Under the pieces are notes generated by a model that saw only the letters and a list, made by a program, of their open reading frames with translations, made no database searches and had not been told where the DNA came from. Shown here in pieces: positions 13,099 to 26,363 of a DNA stretch of 64,000 nucleotides (positions within the stretch are counted from its first letter, which is position 1; each line of letters opens with the position of its first letter). The position numbers and the translations under genes were made by a program. This stretch comes from Chrysomallon squamiferum (taxonomy: Eukaryota; Animalia; Mollusca): positions 17,794,001 through 17,858,000 of the forward strand of contig CM022669.1 in the NCBI GenBank assembly GCA_012295275.1, written 5' to 3'.

Positions 13099-13203
13099 TT
13101 CGTGCAGCACGTGTCGAGCTTGTTCTTTCTTTTTCGATTCAGTCGAGACGTTACCGGAGTAGTGCTCGTGCCAAAAAACAGAAAAAAAAAAAAATATTGA
13201 GCC

Positions 13204-13827
13204 ATGGCCACCAAAGTTGTAACGGCGCATCCCAAATATCTGGATATGACACAAGCAGCCATAAACAGTTTAGGAGAGAAGGGTGGTTCATCAAGACAGG
13301 CCATCCTGAGGTACATTTTGGAAAATTTTGATATAGTAGCAAACGAAAAAGTTGTCAACAGTCACCTGAAAATGGCGCTAAGACGAGGGGTGGAAAATGG
13401 CGATTTAAAACAATCGAAAGGAACGGGCGCGTCAGGTTCATTTAAAATTGGCGAAGCAGCCAAGCTGAAGGAAAAAGTAGCAGCGAAATTGAAAGTGGAT
13501 AAAGCGAAGGCTGAAAAGAAGTCGAAAACGGAAAAGAAAACGAAAGAAAAAAAGCCCGCCAAATCTGAAGACAAAACAAAGAGTACGAAAAGTTCGGTGA
13601 AAAAGCCTGCATCTAAGTTGGTTAAGCCGAAACCAGAAAGCGAAGATAAGACGCCAAAGAAGAAGAAGAGTGTCACCATCTCAAAAGTCAAATCGGTGGT
13701 AAAGACGACGCCCAGCGCGGCGAGCAAGACGAAGAAGCCAGTTGCGGAGAAATCGCAAAAGAAAAAGGCCGCCATTAAGAAACCGAAAACTCCAAAGAAA
13801 ACGCCGAAGAAGGTTGTCAAGAAATAA
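13204..13827 (+). CDS. H1: Linker histone H1, replication-independent H1.0/H5/H1-delta-like; 207 aa
   Basis: Winged-helix globular domain HPKYLDMTQAAINSLGEKGGSSRQAILRYI...HLKMALRRGVENGDLKQSKGTGASGSFKI and a Lys/Ala/Pro-rich tail with TPKK motifs. Solitary, no canonical 3' stem-loop, AATAAA at 13887-13892. Confidence 0.96.
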   Translation: MATKVVTAHPKYLDMTQAAINSLGEKGGSSRQAILRYILENFDIVANEKVVNSHLKMALRRGVENGDLKQSKGTGASGSFKIGEAAKLKEKVAAKLKVDKAKAEKKSKTEKKTKEKKPAKSEDKTKSTKSSVKKPASKLVKPKPESEDKTPKKKKSVTISKVKSVVKTTPSAASKTKKPVAEKSQKKKAAIKKPKTPKKTPKKVVKK

Positions 13828-16044
13828 GTCGCTTTTAGATACAGTGTTATGAAAAGCTGACGTTTAAAAAGAAAATTAAGTAGGTGAATAAACATTCAAA
13901 AATCCGTGTTTGATTAGATATTCACGGTGACAATTTGAAACTATGGAGAACCCCCCCCCAAAAAAAAAAAAAAAACGGAATGAAGACTTGCTGAACTTTT
14001 TATTTTTGTGAAGCCTGTAAACTGTAGTTGTATACGCAATTTCCATTAACTACGATATGGGAACACAAACATTTTTTCACTTTAATTTTCATTTTTTTTT
14101 TTTTTTTTTTTAATGTACATAATTTACTGAGAGAAAGTGAAAGAAAGGGACACTGATTTTACTACTTGTATAGTTGTCGGCTCGTGACCATTTTTATTTG
14201 TTTTTAATTTGTGAATAAAATATTTTTTCAAATGTAAGCTTTTAAAGTTGTCATTTTTAATGTTTGAATTAAAAGCTACATTTCTGATCTTGTGAACATC
14301 ATACAGAATGTATCCTAAATTCACTATGTTTAGTTACTCTAAGTCTAATGGCTATAAAACCACCTGGTATAAATGATATAGAATACTTCATTAAACGATG
14401 AGGCAATATAATGAATATTAAAGATTTAAAAAAAGAAAGCTGACAATAACTTAACTAGATCACATAAAGTGGGCTTTACAAAATAAAGTGATCCTGTATA
14501 TGATTTCATTAAAAATGTAAATGGGGAAAAAATATATGCTGATATATTTATTTTTAAAAAAAAAGAGAAAGAAATGCAAAAAACCTTAAATTTTATTGTC
14601 CTTTTTAGAAAATGTGTATGTTAATGTTAGAACAAAGGCTTTTTCATTGCATTATTTTCAGCCCAAATCAAATGTCATCAACTATGCAAATAGTAAATAT
14701 CAGAACATTTTGCACATCAAATTAATTTCAATAATTTCTTGACTTGCATGCTACCAATTAACCTGAAATTATTTGAGAATCTGTAACAGTAGCAGCAATA
14801 ATAATAATAAAAAATAAAAAAGTATAAATTGTCTATTAAAGTCAGAACTGCAATCCTGGTTAGATACATGTTGACCCATTTATATCAAATGTTTTCAAAA
14901 TGATCCTCTTTTTGGCTTGCTTTGTTTAATGTGGTCCGTCTTCATATGAGATCACTAAAATGCTGTTGACTTAGAATTTAAAACATATTTCTCATGAAGA
15001 AAGCAAGAATTCATATTGTTTTACAATTCCAATCAGAACACCTTTTTAAATCTTTATTCCAATCCGTCCAATGCTCTACGGTTAACATAATGATATAAGC
15101 CATATGCAGCTTGCATATGTCAAAAAGCAGTATTTTCAGTTAAAACACTTTTTAAACATTTGTCAAAAAGCAAAACAAAACAAAACTGACCTGCTAATGT
15201 ATTTTATTTCATTTCATTTCATTTGTTCTTATTATTATTATTATTATTTTTTTTTTACAAATTTATATAACAATGCAGAAGCAAAATTAAATTAAATTCT
15301 TATATATTTATTTATTTATTTTTATAAATATGTACACATACTCACACATAACAAAGTAAAAAAATGTTAATGCAGTTGAAAAAATGGGCACAATTACATT
15401 GTTGGTAATACACTTGAATACCAAACAACAAAACAAACAAAAAAAAATGGAGAAAAAAATGCAGTTCCAATTTTCTTAATTATTCCCTTCACCGATAATT
15501 TGAATTCTGTAATTCTTTATTTGACATTGAATTAATTCAAAAAGAAACACTTAATTAAATCCATGGTGAAGCTAAGAAATATACCCACTCGTGTTGATAA
15601 CTTATTAATGGCACATCCAGAATATATCAAAATAAAGTTTATAAAATGAGTATGTTTAGTTTCTCATCATTGCTATAACACCTCCTAGTGTGAATACAAT
15701 GTGACTGTACTCTGTTACTGGAAAAACCACTGTATAAACTATAAGATGATCTCTTGATTCTTTGCTATCTTCATATATTCTTACAATGTAGCTCACCTTA
15801 AAATGCCATTTCTCTGAAACTGTTTAATTCATAAAAAAAATTAACAATAATAAAAAATGTTAATAACGTAACATTTCTTAAACTGAATAATTTATTATTT
15901 TAAAATAACCATCTGATATATGTGTGTGTGAATGAATGAATGAATTAACAATGTTGACAGTAATTAAGATTTCCAACATCTGATGAATATTAAGTGGTCA
16001 TAGTTCACAGCCAGTTCCTCATTGCCAATCATTAAAAACTAACT

Positions 16045-16438
16045 TCATGTGTTCCACCAAATCCAAGTTGTTATAGTGCGACCAGCTACAACTGTCGTGT
16101 GGGAGCCAAGTTCTTTGTCTACGAATGTTATTGGAAAAGAAATATAATCTCTGGAAAATAAAAAAAAGAAGAAAATGAAATATACATATTAATTTTTATA
16201 CAATTTTTTTTTTTTAGTATATGTACATATGTGTGTATATGTGTGTGTGTGTATGTCCATATTAATGAATGTGTGTGTATGTATGTATGTATGTTGCTAT
16301 ATGTGTATAATACTGAAAAGTAATACTATAACATACTGTATTTCATAGAGAATTATGTCAAAGTATTTTAAACCGATTCTTAAAATATTTCTTTTTATTT
16401 TATTGTTTTGCATCAAATACACCATGGATTGATTTTCA

Positions 16439-16514
<76 letters not shown>

Positions 16515-19500
16515 AATAATAAATGTAGTAGATCATAAAATCAGAAGCTGTCTGCAGCTCAGTTTTTGGAGTATTTGATCTGAATTCTGACTAATAACAT
16601 GATCAGTTCACTACATTGTTTTCCAGTTCCAGCCAGCACCAAAGTTTGGTTTATCAAACAGGAGCCTAAGGGAAGGTGTGTAAAAGAAAGATTCCTTGCT
16701 GCTAACTGATGAGTGGTGGTTGAATGTTTCCTCTGTTGTTACATCACTGAACAAAACTCATTTTGTATATCTTGCTATTGCTAATATTCAAATATATTTT
16801 TGAATGTTAATTTTATGAATTTTTATTAATTCACTAAAATTATTGAGAGAGAAAAAAAAAATTGTAATATTATATTTTATTTTTTAAATTAACTAAATAA
16901 ATTATTTATTTATTTACTTACTTACTTACTTAATTATATTTTATGTTATGTTATGTTATGTTATGTTATGTTATGTTATGTTATGTTATGTTATGTTATG
17001 TTATGTTATGTTATGTTATGTTATGTTATATGTTATTTTAGCTGTTCCAGTATTTGATACTCACTCGTTTAAAATGGTTAAAACAATAGATTTATCTGGG
17101 AGGAGAAAAGCAACAGAGAAAAGATTCTTCCTGATACTCGACTGTACAAGTTTAACTCTCTTTGCTCCTGGTATCACAAATTTACTGGAACAAAAAATAG
17201 GAGCAAACAATTAGATACAGAGAAAGTGCTTAAAGATAGAAAAAAAAACTAATAATAAAAATTAAAAAAACTTAGACAGAGATAATTATTAGAAAATATA
17301 TAAAAATGTTTTTGATAAGTTCATTATTTATTTTTCAGATTTTAATTAATTCTGATTTAAGCTGATGTACATAATGTAACATGCAATATTTCATGACAAC
17401 TTTTTCTGATGATGTTTCATACCCAATATATTGCCCATATCAGTGTCAAAGATTGCTGTTAATGTAAGGTAGGCTTATTGCACAGTTAGATGATATAATT
17501 ATACTAGCCACTGTATTGAGTGTTCACTTGTGTGTGTGCTATGTAAGTTTTGGCTGTAGGGTCCAAAGGGTTAAATAAATCATATAAGAGTGGTCACACC
17601 TGATGTATGTTAGGCTGCTATGTCAGTTCATATCAGTTTGTCAGCTGTTTCAAATCTAGTTTATTAAGTGGCCATTGTAGCTATTTTACTAACTATGGGA
17701 AGGTGGATGTAAAAAAATATCTTTGTTGCTAAATCAATAACAGTGATCAATGAAAATATGACATCAAGCTTCCTTTTACTTTTAGTAAAATAAATTAAAT
17801 AATAATTTAAAAAAAATAATCCATTCATTAAATAAATATATACAAAAACTATCCACACCTGAAATGTCCCATTGCATAAAACATTGGCTGTTTATAGAAT
17901 TCCCCCATCTTGGCATTTACAATTACAGGACTGTCCACAAAATTGTTTACCCAGTTTGGGCCTCCTTGCATATCCAAAACAATGTTCCAGTCAGTCCAAC
18001 CAGTGACCCAGTGATTCAAATCCTACACAGCAACAGAACAGAATGGTATATCAGTATTTTTAAACTATAATTATCAATAGCATATTTAATTATCCACATA
18101 CAGAATTCTGTTCTTTTACAAGTTATGATTTCAGTGTTTAATATTTACCAGTTCTATAATAAAATTATACTTTTAAATAATCATTATTTTGATGCTGTTT
18201 TAAAACTCTTTTAATTTTTTTGAAATTTCTTTTAATATTATAAATTTTTTACCCTAAAGGAATTATTTTGAGAAAACTTTAAATGGCATTTGAAATCATA
18301 CTGAGCAAATATTAATTTCCATTTAAGTAGCTTTTACTCTTAATTAATACCAATATATAACTTTGATTATCGGATATCTTTTTTATATCACATGCAGTAA
18401 TACTTATTTCCATAACAGAGACATTTTTTCTATTAATAAATTTACTATATATATATGTATATTTGTTTGTTTGTGTGTGTGTGTGAGTGTGTACATTATT
18501 TTAGCTAAAGAGATATATAAATAAAGATAGCGATATAGGGATATAGATGTGAATACAAAGATATAATAAACAAATGAATAATTATTAAGCGAGCAGTCTT
18601 ACCTGTATAATGGAATGAGCATAATTGGCAGCTCTTTCCCAGCTGCCAAGAATGACTTTTCTAAACTGCCAGGGCTGTGAACCTTCGCAAGCTTCAGTGG
18701 CAAGGATAAACTTGGTGGGGAATGTGTCGTGGGTTTTGTCAAGGATGGAGAGTGGGGTAATGAAATCCCAATACCAGTGGACTCCTATTCCTGAGACATA
18801 TTTCAGATTATCTAGATTTGAAAATACCTGGTTGGATGAAAATAGTTTTTAAAAAAAAAGTCTTTAAAAAGAAAGATTAAAACTGTCTTAAGATGAAGTA
18901 ATGGTTTGAATCAAATTTAATCTTGTTTTTTTCGTTTTTTCTTCTTAAATTTGGTTAATTTAATTAGAAATTATATCCATTCCACCCCTCTTATATTCTA
19001 TTTTTATTTTATTACTATTACTATTATTGTTAAAATTTTATTTTATTTTTTATTATTATTATTATTGTATTTTTTTACCCAAATGCTGGACTGATTCTGT
19101 TTGTGAATGTCTACAGCTGTCTCCTGTTTAAATATCTTTCATTTTCATTGAATGACTGGTTTAATTAGGATTTCTTTGTGCAGTGTGCTGAGACAAATAG
19201 AGGTGAAAAAATCCAGGAATTTATAAAAATTTATAAATAAAATAATTATATGGCCGCTGATGATGTTCTAATTAACAAATATGTTCCTGTTTATCAAACG
19301 TCTAAGCTTTTTAACTACCCTCATACGCAATAATTAATTTAACTAGTGTTTGTGTATACACTTAACCACTTGGGCCCAGCTCAGTCAGTAAGCTAAGAGT
19401 CACTGCACTGGGTATTCATTCAGCTATAGTGGGAATGTGAAATTATGCTGTATCCTGCATAAACACAATACATTTTGAGCGTGTGTTATTAAATAATGAA

Positions 19501-22500
19501 AACTGACAAAAGCACCTTTTTCATAGTTTATGTCAAAATTATTTGTATTGGGTCTGGTATTATCTGGTATTATAAGTCATACAATTTTCTAGCTACAAAT
19601 GACTGTGGTTTTGCCTTTTTCTGAGAACATATCAATTATTTCTTTCTAAATTACTGTGCTGAAATTCACTTCACAATTCTGCAAACTTTTCCTACCATGA
19701 CAATCTGCTGCATTCCCCTCACCATTACATGATGAACCATTTGACCTGTCGTTCCAGTGACAAGACTGACCAGGACGTTCATCAAAGGAATGTGATAGTG
19801 CAAGGACTCTTGTGAACATGAAGGACCGAGTGAGACACATATGAAGACATGATGGTGGCTCTGGCATGGAAAGAAGCTCATCTTCTGAGCATCGTGCTCA
19901 CCAATGTGCAAAGTCCAAATGTCAAGTGAAAGCAGAATGGTGGTACAAAATAAACCTGCAGCTGTGCTAGAAACTCAGACTGGATTTTTTGGACCAACTC
20001 CGCATATGTCATCAGCCAGCCAGGAAAGAAGACTATGAGATAATACAAAATATTTTTTCACTTTATGGCTTGCTGCAGAACTATGATCAAACTTCACATA
20101 TTTCCTTCTGTCTTTTCTTTATCTGTGACAGCAGCACCTATCCACAAAGACAGAGAATCGGGCCCATGTTGAAAGACCAGCCCACTTCACAGAGTGCCAT
20201 TTTCTGGTAGACTGCTACGTGAGTGGAACATGAAGGAATAAAAATTTCCATTGCCAGCATTGTAACATTTCATTGTGCCTACAGTGTTTTGAAATTTACC
20301 ACACTGTTGACTAATGGTGTAATCAACTGTATAATTATTTGAATAAGATCGAGTACTGACTATGTTATTATTTTAGTCAGATCCAGTAGAACTAATTCGA
20401 TTCATGAACCATGAAAATGCACTTTTTAATGATCTCAATATATTAGGTTTAATTAGGTAATAAAAAGATTACTGAAGGCACTGATCTTTTCAACAGAATA
20501 TGGCTACGCAGGGTATAGGATGATTTCACACTCCCACTACAGTTATCTCAGTGAACAGCTAACCAGTGCAGTGACTCTCGCTCAAGGACCATGGAAATGA
20601 TGATGAAATCATCTGTCTCTACTCCAAAGTTTACCAGCCAAAATATCAGCTTGGAAAACCTAATCAAAATATACCAATCAGTGAAAATAAACTAACTGTC
20701 GTCATCACTCTGGATCAAACCCAAGTACAGTGACCCGGGCCAAAGTAGTAATGTAAACAAACACTACATAGTTTGTCCCATGAAAAAGAAATAAAGCAAA
20801 AATGTATCAGCCATTAATAAAACAAAAAAACAACAACAAAACATAAATTGTAGATTAAGTCATTTGAAAAATAAAAAAAACCCTTCAAACAACCCCCCAA
20901 AAAAAAAAAAAAAATTATTTATCTTATGAATCAAAAACAAAACAAATTATTATTTATCTTATGAATCAAAAACCAAACTAATTCTACATTTACTTCTGAA
21001 ACAAAATAAGTGATTAAAATTATTTATTTGCAGGCAGTCAGTTTGTGGTTAGTGAAGAAAGCAATCACTTAGGGAAACTGAAACAGCTGATTAACTCTTC
21101 TGGTGCCACTGGTGAGATATTTTGACATGGCACTGTAGCTTAAATAAAGCCTTAATACTTTGCTAGTTAGATGGTGTTGTGTCAAAAAGGGTTAAATAAA
21201 TACACATATAATGATCACTGGTATAAAACTGGACACCTGTATTATATCATGAACATAAAAAATAGCCCGGTTGAGACTTCCTAAAAGTACATTGTGTTGC
21301 CATGGCCATTCTCCTGTGCATGCCTCACTTCCAAAAATAAATTTGTCTGGGAATTTTGCATGCATAACGTCCATGGCATCAGCTGAAACGAAGGCATCGA
21401 GATACCAATGAAGTGCAATTCCAGAGACATATTTAGCAGCAGCTGCATCTTGCAGTACCTTCAGAAAAATGTTGTTTGTTATATACTGCTGAGGTATCAC
21501 TGACAGGATTAGATTTTAATAAAGTTTTAATTATCATTATGGTTATTTTATGTTTAAAAAAATAAATAAATAAAAAGGAAAAAATAATACATAGACTCTG
21601 GGTATAAAAAAGCAACAACATTAACACATAGAATTAGAGGGGGAAAAAAATTAAATTTACATTTTCATGATGTATCCAAGTTATAAATAAATTGTTTAAA
21701 GAAAAAAGAAATTTAAAGATTTCTTTTTGTCAAAAAATTAATACAGAATTAAATAGTTTGTTAATATGAAATATCCAAATTCAAAGAGAAAACCTAAAAA
21801 AAATTACCAAACTGGTGTAGAGGATATGACAGAGAAAAGTCTTAAAATAATATTATTAGATAATAATGACACTGCAAATTATTCAGTGAATAATAACAAT
21901 AATAATAGTGGTAACAACAATAATAATAATAATAAATAACAATTAATAAAACACATTCAACAATAAATAAATAAATATTTTAAATAAATGAATGAATGAA
22001 TGAATAAACTATAATAATATAAACTACCTTATCACTCCATTTAGCAATCAAAACTCTCTGATCATCAAGCATCATCAGCTTGATGTCGCTGTAGCCGTTG
22101 CTGTGAAGGGCAGGTCCCAGATCCTTTGCGATGAAGTCTCTCTGCATTTCTGGTGTCCAGCCCATGCACTGGAAGTAGAATCTGTCAATTTCTCCATCAG
22201 TGGGCTCATTCTGAGCTGTGAGACCCCACAGTGTGATGTTGTGTTTTTCATATTCTTGAAGAAATCTGAAACAGAAAATGGATTCTAAAATAAAATGCTG
22301 CCATTACAAAACGTCATCTTATCTTGCTCATACATTTTCAAAAACATGTAGGTATGAACATCCTTCTTCATACTACTGACCAAAGTAACAGTAAAAAGCA
22401 AAAATAATACAAACAATTACAATACATTTTCCATCAAATCATTCTTTAAATTTTGGAAACAGTAAAATAAATAATTCTCAGAAAAAGTTTTTATCTATAT

Positions 22501-25500
22501 AGCAAAGATGACTACAGTAAGGTTGGTCTGAATAAAAGAAATTTATGTGATAAAACTAAAAATTTAAATAACAATTACAATAAAAAAAAATTAAAAAAAA
22601 GATACAGGCAAAGCAAAAAAAATATATATATATATATAAATACAAAAACATAATAATTATATATTTATAAAGCAAACAAAATGATTCACGACAAGTAATA
22701 TAAACAAACAAATTAATTAATTACCTGACAAAATAATTAGCCCAGGTTTTAAAATACTTCCCACCAGGTTGTCCAATGAGCTGCCCTTTCCCAGTCATAT
22801 TTTTATTTGTCTTCATCCAAGCAGGGGCACTCCATGGACTTCCAAATATGGAAATATTCCTTTTGTTTATAGCAATGGCTCTTTGTATAACAGGAATCTG
22901 AAATGGGTATTGTTATATTTATATTTAACAAAACGATGGTACACACTGAGAAAAATAGGTTGCAATCCAATTAGATATTCATTTATTTGCTTTGGTATGT
23001 AATATCTGTAAAGAATAAAGAAAAAATAGCCCACTAATTCTGTCACCTTATATTTGAGATCTTCTGGTGCCAGTGCAAAGTGCACCAAATCAAAATCATT
23101 GGGAGTGTCATCATAGGAATAGGGATGAGTTGAAAAATCACAGCTTGCCATTGGAATACGCCCAACCGTATATTCGATTCCTGAAGAAAAATATATTAAT
23201 TTTAGAAAAAAAAAATAATTAAAAATAAAAATAAAAAACAAGGAACTTACTAAAAAAAATAATATTTTATAAGCATAAAAACTTTGAAAAGAAAACAAGT
23301 AAAAAAGAAAAACCAAACAATACATAAATATACATAACCAATGTAAAATTGCTTATTCTCCAATTATAAGAAATATACTTTGGTAATAAACTTTTTACAT
23401 CAGGAAGCATTTTGTTTTCAAATTTTTGTTAGTAATAACAGTTCAGATTTGAAATATTTAAGTACTGGCTATGTGAGACTTGCCTCAGAATTTGTGACGT
23501 GACACTGAATGAAATATTCACTGTAAATTATTATTATTTTGTTGCTTGCCTTCATGAGAATAGTATGATCTGAGAAGCTTTTCCTGAGCACTTTCAGGAA
23601 GACTCAGTATGTTGATGCCTGCTGCATCAGTAAATGCTCCACCAAAGCCTTGAATTGTCTGGTAAGTAGTACTTCGATCAATAGTAAAGACAACTAAAAA
23701 ATAAATTTATTACTTTATTCAGGTAAACAGTAATAATTAGAAAGGCAGACAGAGAACAATAATAATAATAATAATAATATTAATAATAATAATAATAATA
23801 AAAAATAAATAAATAGTGTAGAAAGAAAAAGAGAAAGAGAGAAAAAGAGAGAAATCCATTGTGTGGGAGGAACTGAGTGTATTTTGTGTATCTTTGAAAT
23901 AGAGAGGGAGGGTGGGGTGAGAAAGGAAGTAAAGTTCCCAGCTACACTGATAAGAAGAAGAAACATTTTAACGTGAAAACATTATTAATGTAACAAACAA
24001 ATCTGGCATTAGAATCATTCCATGCCAAAACAACCAAATTCCAGAAAATTTCCCAAATTGACCGTCTTCAATTTATGAAAACATTTCACTCATTTGTGCA
24101 TCCACATAGATGTTGGACATATTGGAATCAAATTCTTATTAGTTTTAATTGAACTCTGGGACTATTTTTGAAAGTTTATTTATTATAAGAATACTGAGAT
24201 GAAATGTGCTATGTTACATATTTCATATCAGGAGAATCTAAAAATGGATTCATTTTGTACATGTCTCTGATAGTCTTTGACTAGGAGATAATTAAAGTTT
24301 ACCTTTGTATCATTCATAAATTATATTTTTTATATTTTCAAGGTCAATTACTTTATGATTATTTGTCATTGATACAATTGGTTTATTGTTTTAAAGTATA
24401 TACCTATGGATGTTTCTTTATAAAAAAGAATCCAGTAAACTGTTAATATGTAGTTAGGGTCCAAAGTTGAGAAAAAAAATCTAAAATGTTAAAAATATGC
24501 ATGCCGAGTCAAGGTGATCTGACTATGTGAGCAATTAATATGATTAACTACTATCTATTTACTCTATGTTTTTCAAGTATTGACTTTCTGGCTTAACTCA
24601 TTGAGGGGTAAATGAACTTGGATTTCTAATCCCTATTTCAAAGTTCAAGAACAAAGCATGCACTATTTATCAATGCAAAAAACCTGCAGTTACATTCTCT
24701 ATTAAACAGGTTTTTTACTAGTAGTAACCATATCTTATTTTTAATCTGAATGTTATTCTGGCTATAAGTTAGTTTTAGTGTTACAATAATTTAAAAAAAA
24801 TGCTGTAATGTTTGTTAAACCAGAATCATGCAGCACAGAGCAAATAATTCTGAATCAAACATATTATTGGTAGCAAAACTTTAAGCAGAGATGAATTTTA
24901 CTGGTGGAATGCAGGAAACTAGCCATATCAAAGCTGTTATAGAGAATTGTTTGGTTAACAACACATATTTTCATTATATCTATTACCAAAAAATAATTAA
25001 ATTTAAGGCAGTATTGGATATATAATAGGCTGTTGAGGACAATTAAATAGAAGTTTCAGTAAGTGAATGAATTAATATAGTGAAACCCTTCCAGAACCAA
25101 ACACTCTGTAAACTGGAACTCCCTAGAAACTGGACATTTTTTTGCTATTCCTTTTTAAATATCAGTTCTGAATATAACCTCAATAGATCTGCCATTGAAG
25201 ATTATATATCAGATTTTTTCACCTTCCATGAATTGGATTTTGATGACATTGTGTACAAACAGAGGGTTAAACTAACAATATTAATAACAATAATGATAAT
25301 AACAACAACAAAATACTGATACCAATAAAAAACATCAAATGAAAAAAATAACTAACTGTCAGCCTTAGACTGGTTGTTGAAATGTACAACAGTTTTGCTG
25401 AGTGTTTGATTTTCAGATGTCACATACTGAGCAATGCCACCTGGTGGAAGCTTTATATTTGGTTCCACAGTGTCACAGTAGGTAGAATTACAAACACAAA

Positions 25501-26363
25501 CAATTCCACCATTTCCAAAGTCACGTACAGAACATGGAACAGTGGCTGAAACAACAACAAAAAATTAAAATAAAATAACGTAAAATAAAATAAAATAAAA
25601 TAAAATAAAATAAATTAATAAATAAAATTTATATATATATTTTTTAATTTGAAAAGAAAAATATATAGCTATAAATACTTAAGTCATTGAACAATTTAGA
25701 ACCTGAATAAATTTTCACACTACTTAAATCGCACTATTATTGCCTCAGAAGTTGTATTATTATACATGAACCACTAAAATTTTCACTTAAGTTTAAGAAT
25801 TCATTCTCCAGAACTGGGGCATGGAATCATATTAACAACACATTGTAAATTTAATATTTATATCTACATGTGAACAATATCTAATAATAACGTCACACTT
25901 TACCAAATTCCTAATGTTAACATTTTCAGGTTACAAGCTTTCATGTGATTTTTCTGTTTATTTATTTATTTATTTTAGGGTGGAAGATTTGTGTATGCAT
26001 ATACATATGAGATCTATCTACTTTAGTATGAAATGTGTCATAATAAATCGGTAAGCAGTTTTATTATATAAATTTGTATCAAAACTCATTGTTATTGTTA
26101 TTATTATTATCTTATAATTACATAAAACGACAGGGTACTGCCTAGACCTAAATCAGGTTTACTTGAAGAATCTAAGTTCTATCATGATCCCATTGATCGT
26201 CTATCATAGATTTTATGTCGATACCTATTAGTATTACTTTTTTCTTTTTACTAATACACGAAATACTAAATGGATTTCATGTTCAACTTATAGACTTGCC
26301 TGTTTGTATAGGTTTCAAAAAAAATATCAGTAACGAGACGATACAAACTAAATTTAAAAACAT
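16045..26363 (-). CDS. GBA1: Lysosomal acid glucosylceramidase (glucocerebrosidase, GH30); ~517/518 aa depending on the alternative exon
   Basis: Exons 26363-26300 (signal peptide, GC donor), 25545-25357, 23693-23550 (GC donor), 23180-23047, 22897-22725, 22265-22028, [21458-21237 or 18827-18603], 18022-17859, 17184-17065, 16150-16045. Motifs: [55 protein letters not shown] (acid/base Glu), HWY, EAC (nucleophile Glu), [36 protein letters not shown]. Confidence 0.96.
16943..17033. repeat. (TTATG)n pentanucleotide microsatellite
   Basis: Direct run in the last GBA intron. Confidence 0.9.
18603..18827 (-). CDS. GBA1: GBA catalytic-nucleophile exon, copy B (75 aa)
   Basis: CAG|[75 protein letters not shown]|GTAAGA; 225 nt, phase 0/0, no stops. 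Confidence 0.92.
19650..20230 (-). mobile_element. Decayed LINE (RTE/CR1-like) ORF2 3' fragment in the intron between the duplicated GBA exons
   Basis: GC-richer block. Frameshifted minus-strand translation ...ELVQKI...[21 protein letters not shown] resembles the post-RT 'LLYGCETWTL...KL..F' segment of non-LTR elements; contains multiple stops. Confidence 0.4.
21237..21458 (-). CDS. GBA1: GBA catalytic-nucleophile exon, copy A (74 aa)
   Basis: AAG|[74 protein letters not shown]|GTGTCC; 222 nt, phase 0/0, no stops. Confidence 0.92.
25076..25275. mobile_element. Degenerate Tc1/pogo-type MITE remnant in a GBA intron
   Basis: Left end TATAGTGAAACCCT followed by repeated AAACTGGA(A/C) subterminal motifs; imperfect right end AGAGGGTTAAACTA. 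Confidence 0.3.

Noticed and set aside
13828-13861. Hairpin GTCGCTTTT...AAAAGCTGAC right after the H1 stop
   Set aside because: Long loop and wrong sequence for the SLBP-binding 6-bp stem/4-nt loop; not called as a histone stem-loop.
13362-13895. 177-aa minus-strand ORF
   Set aside because: Antisense shadow of the Lys-rich histone H1 CDS.
21091-21195. TTAA-flanked ~105-bp piggyBac-like MITE (TTAACTCTT...AAGGGTTAA)
   Set aside because: The terminal match is too short to distinguish from chance in AT-rich DNA.
18603-21458. Two tandem GBA genes
   Set aside because: Only one exon is duplicated; all upstream and downstream exons are single copy.
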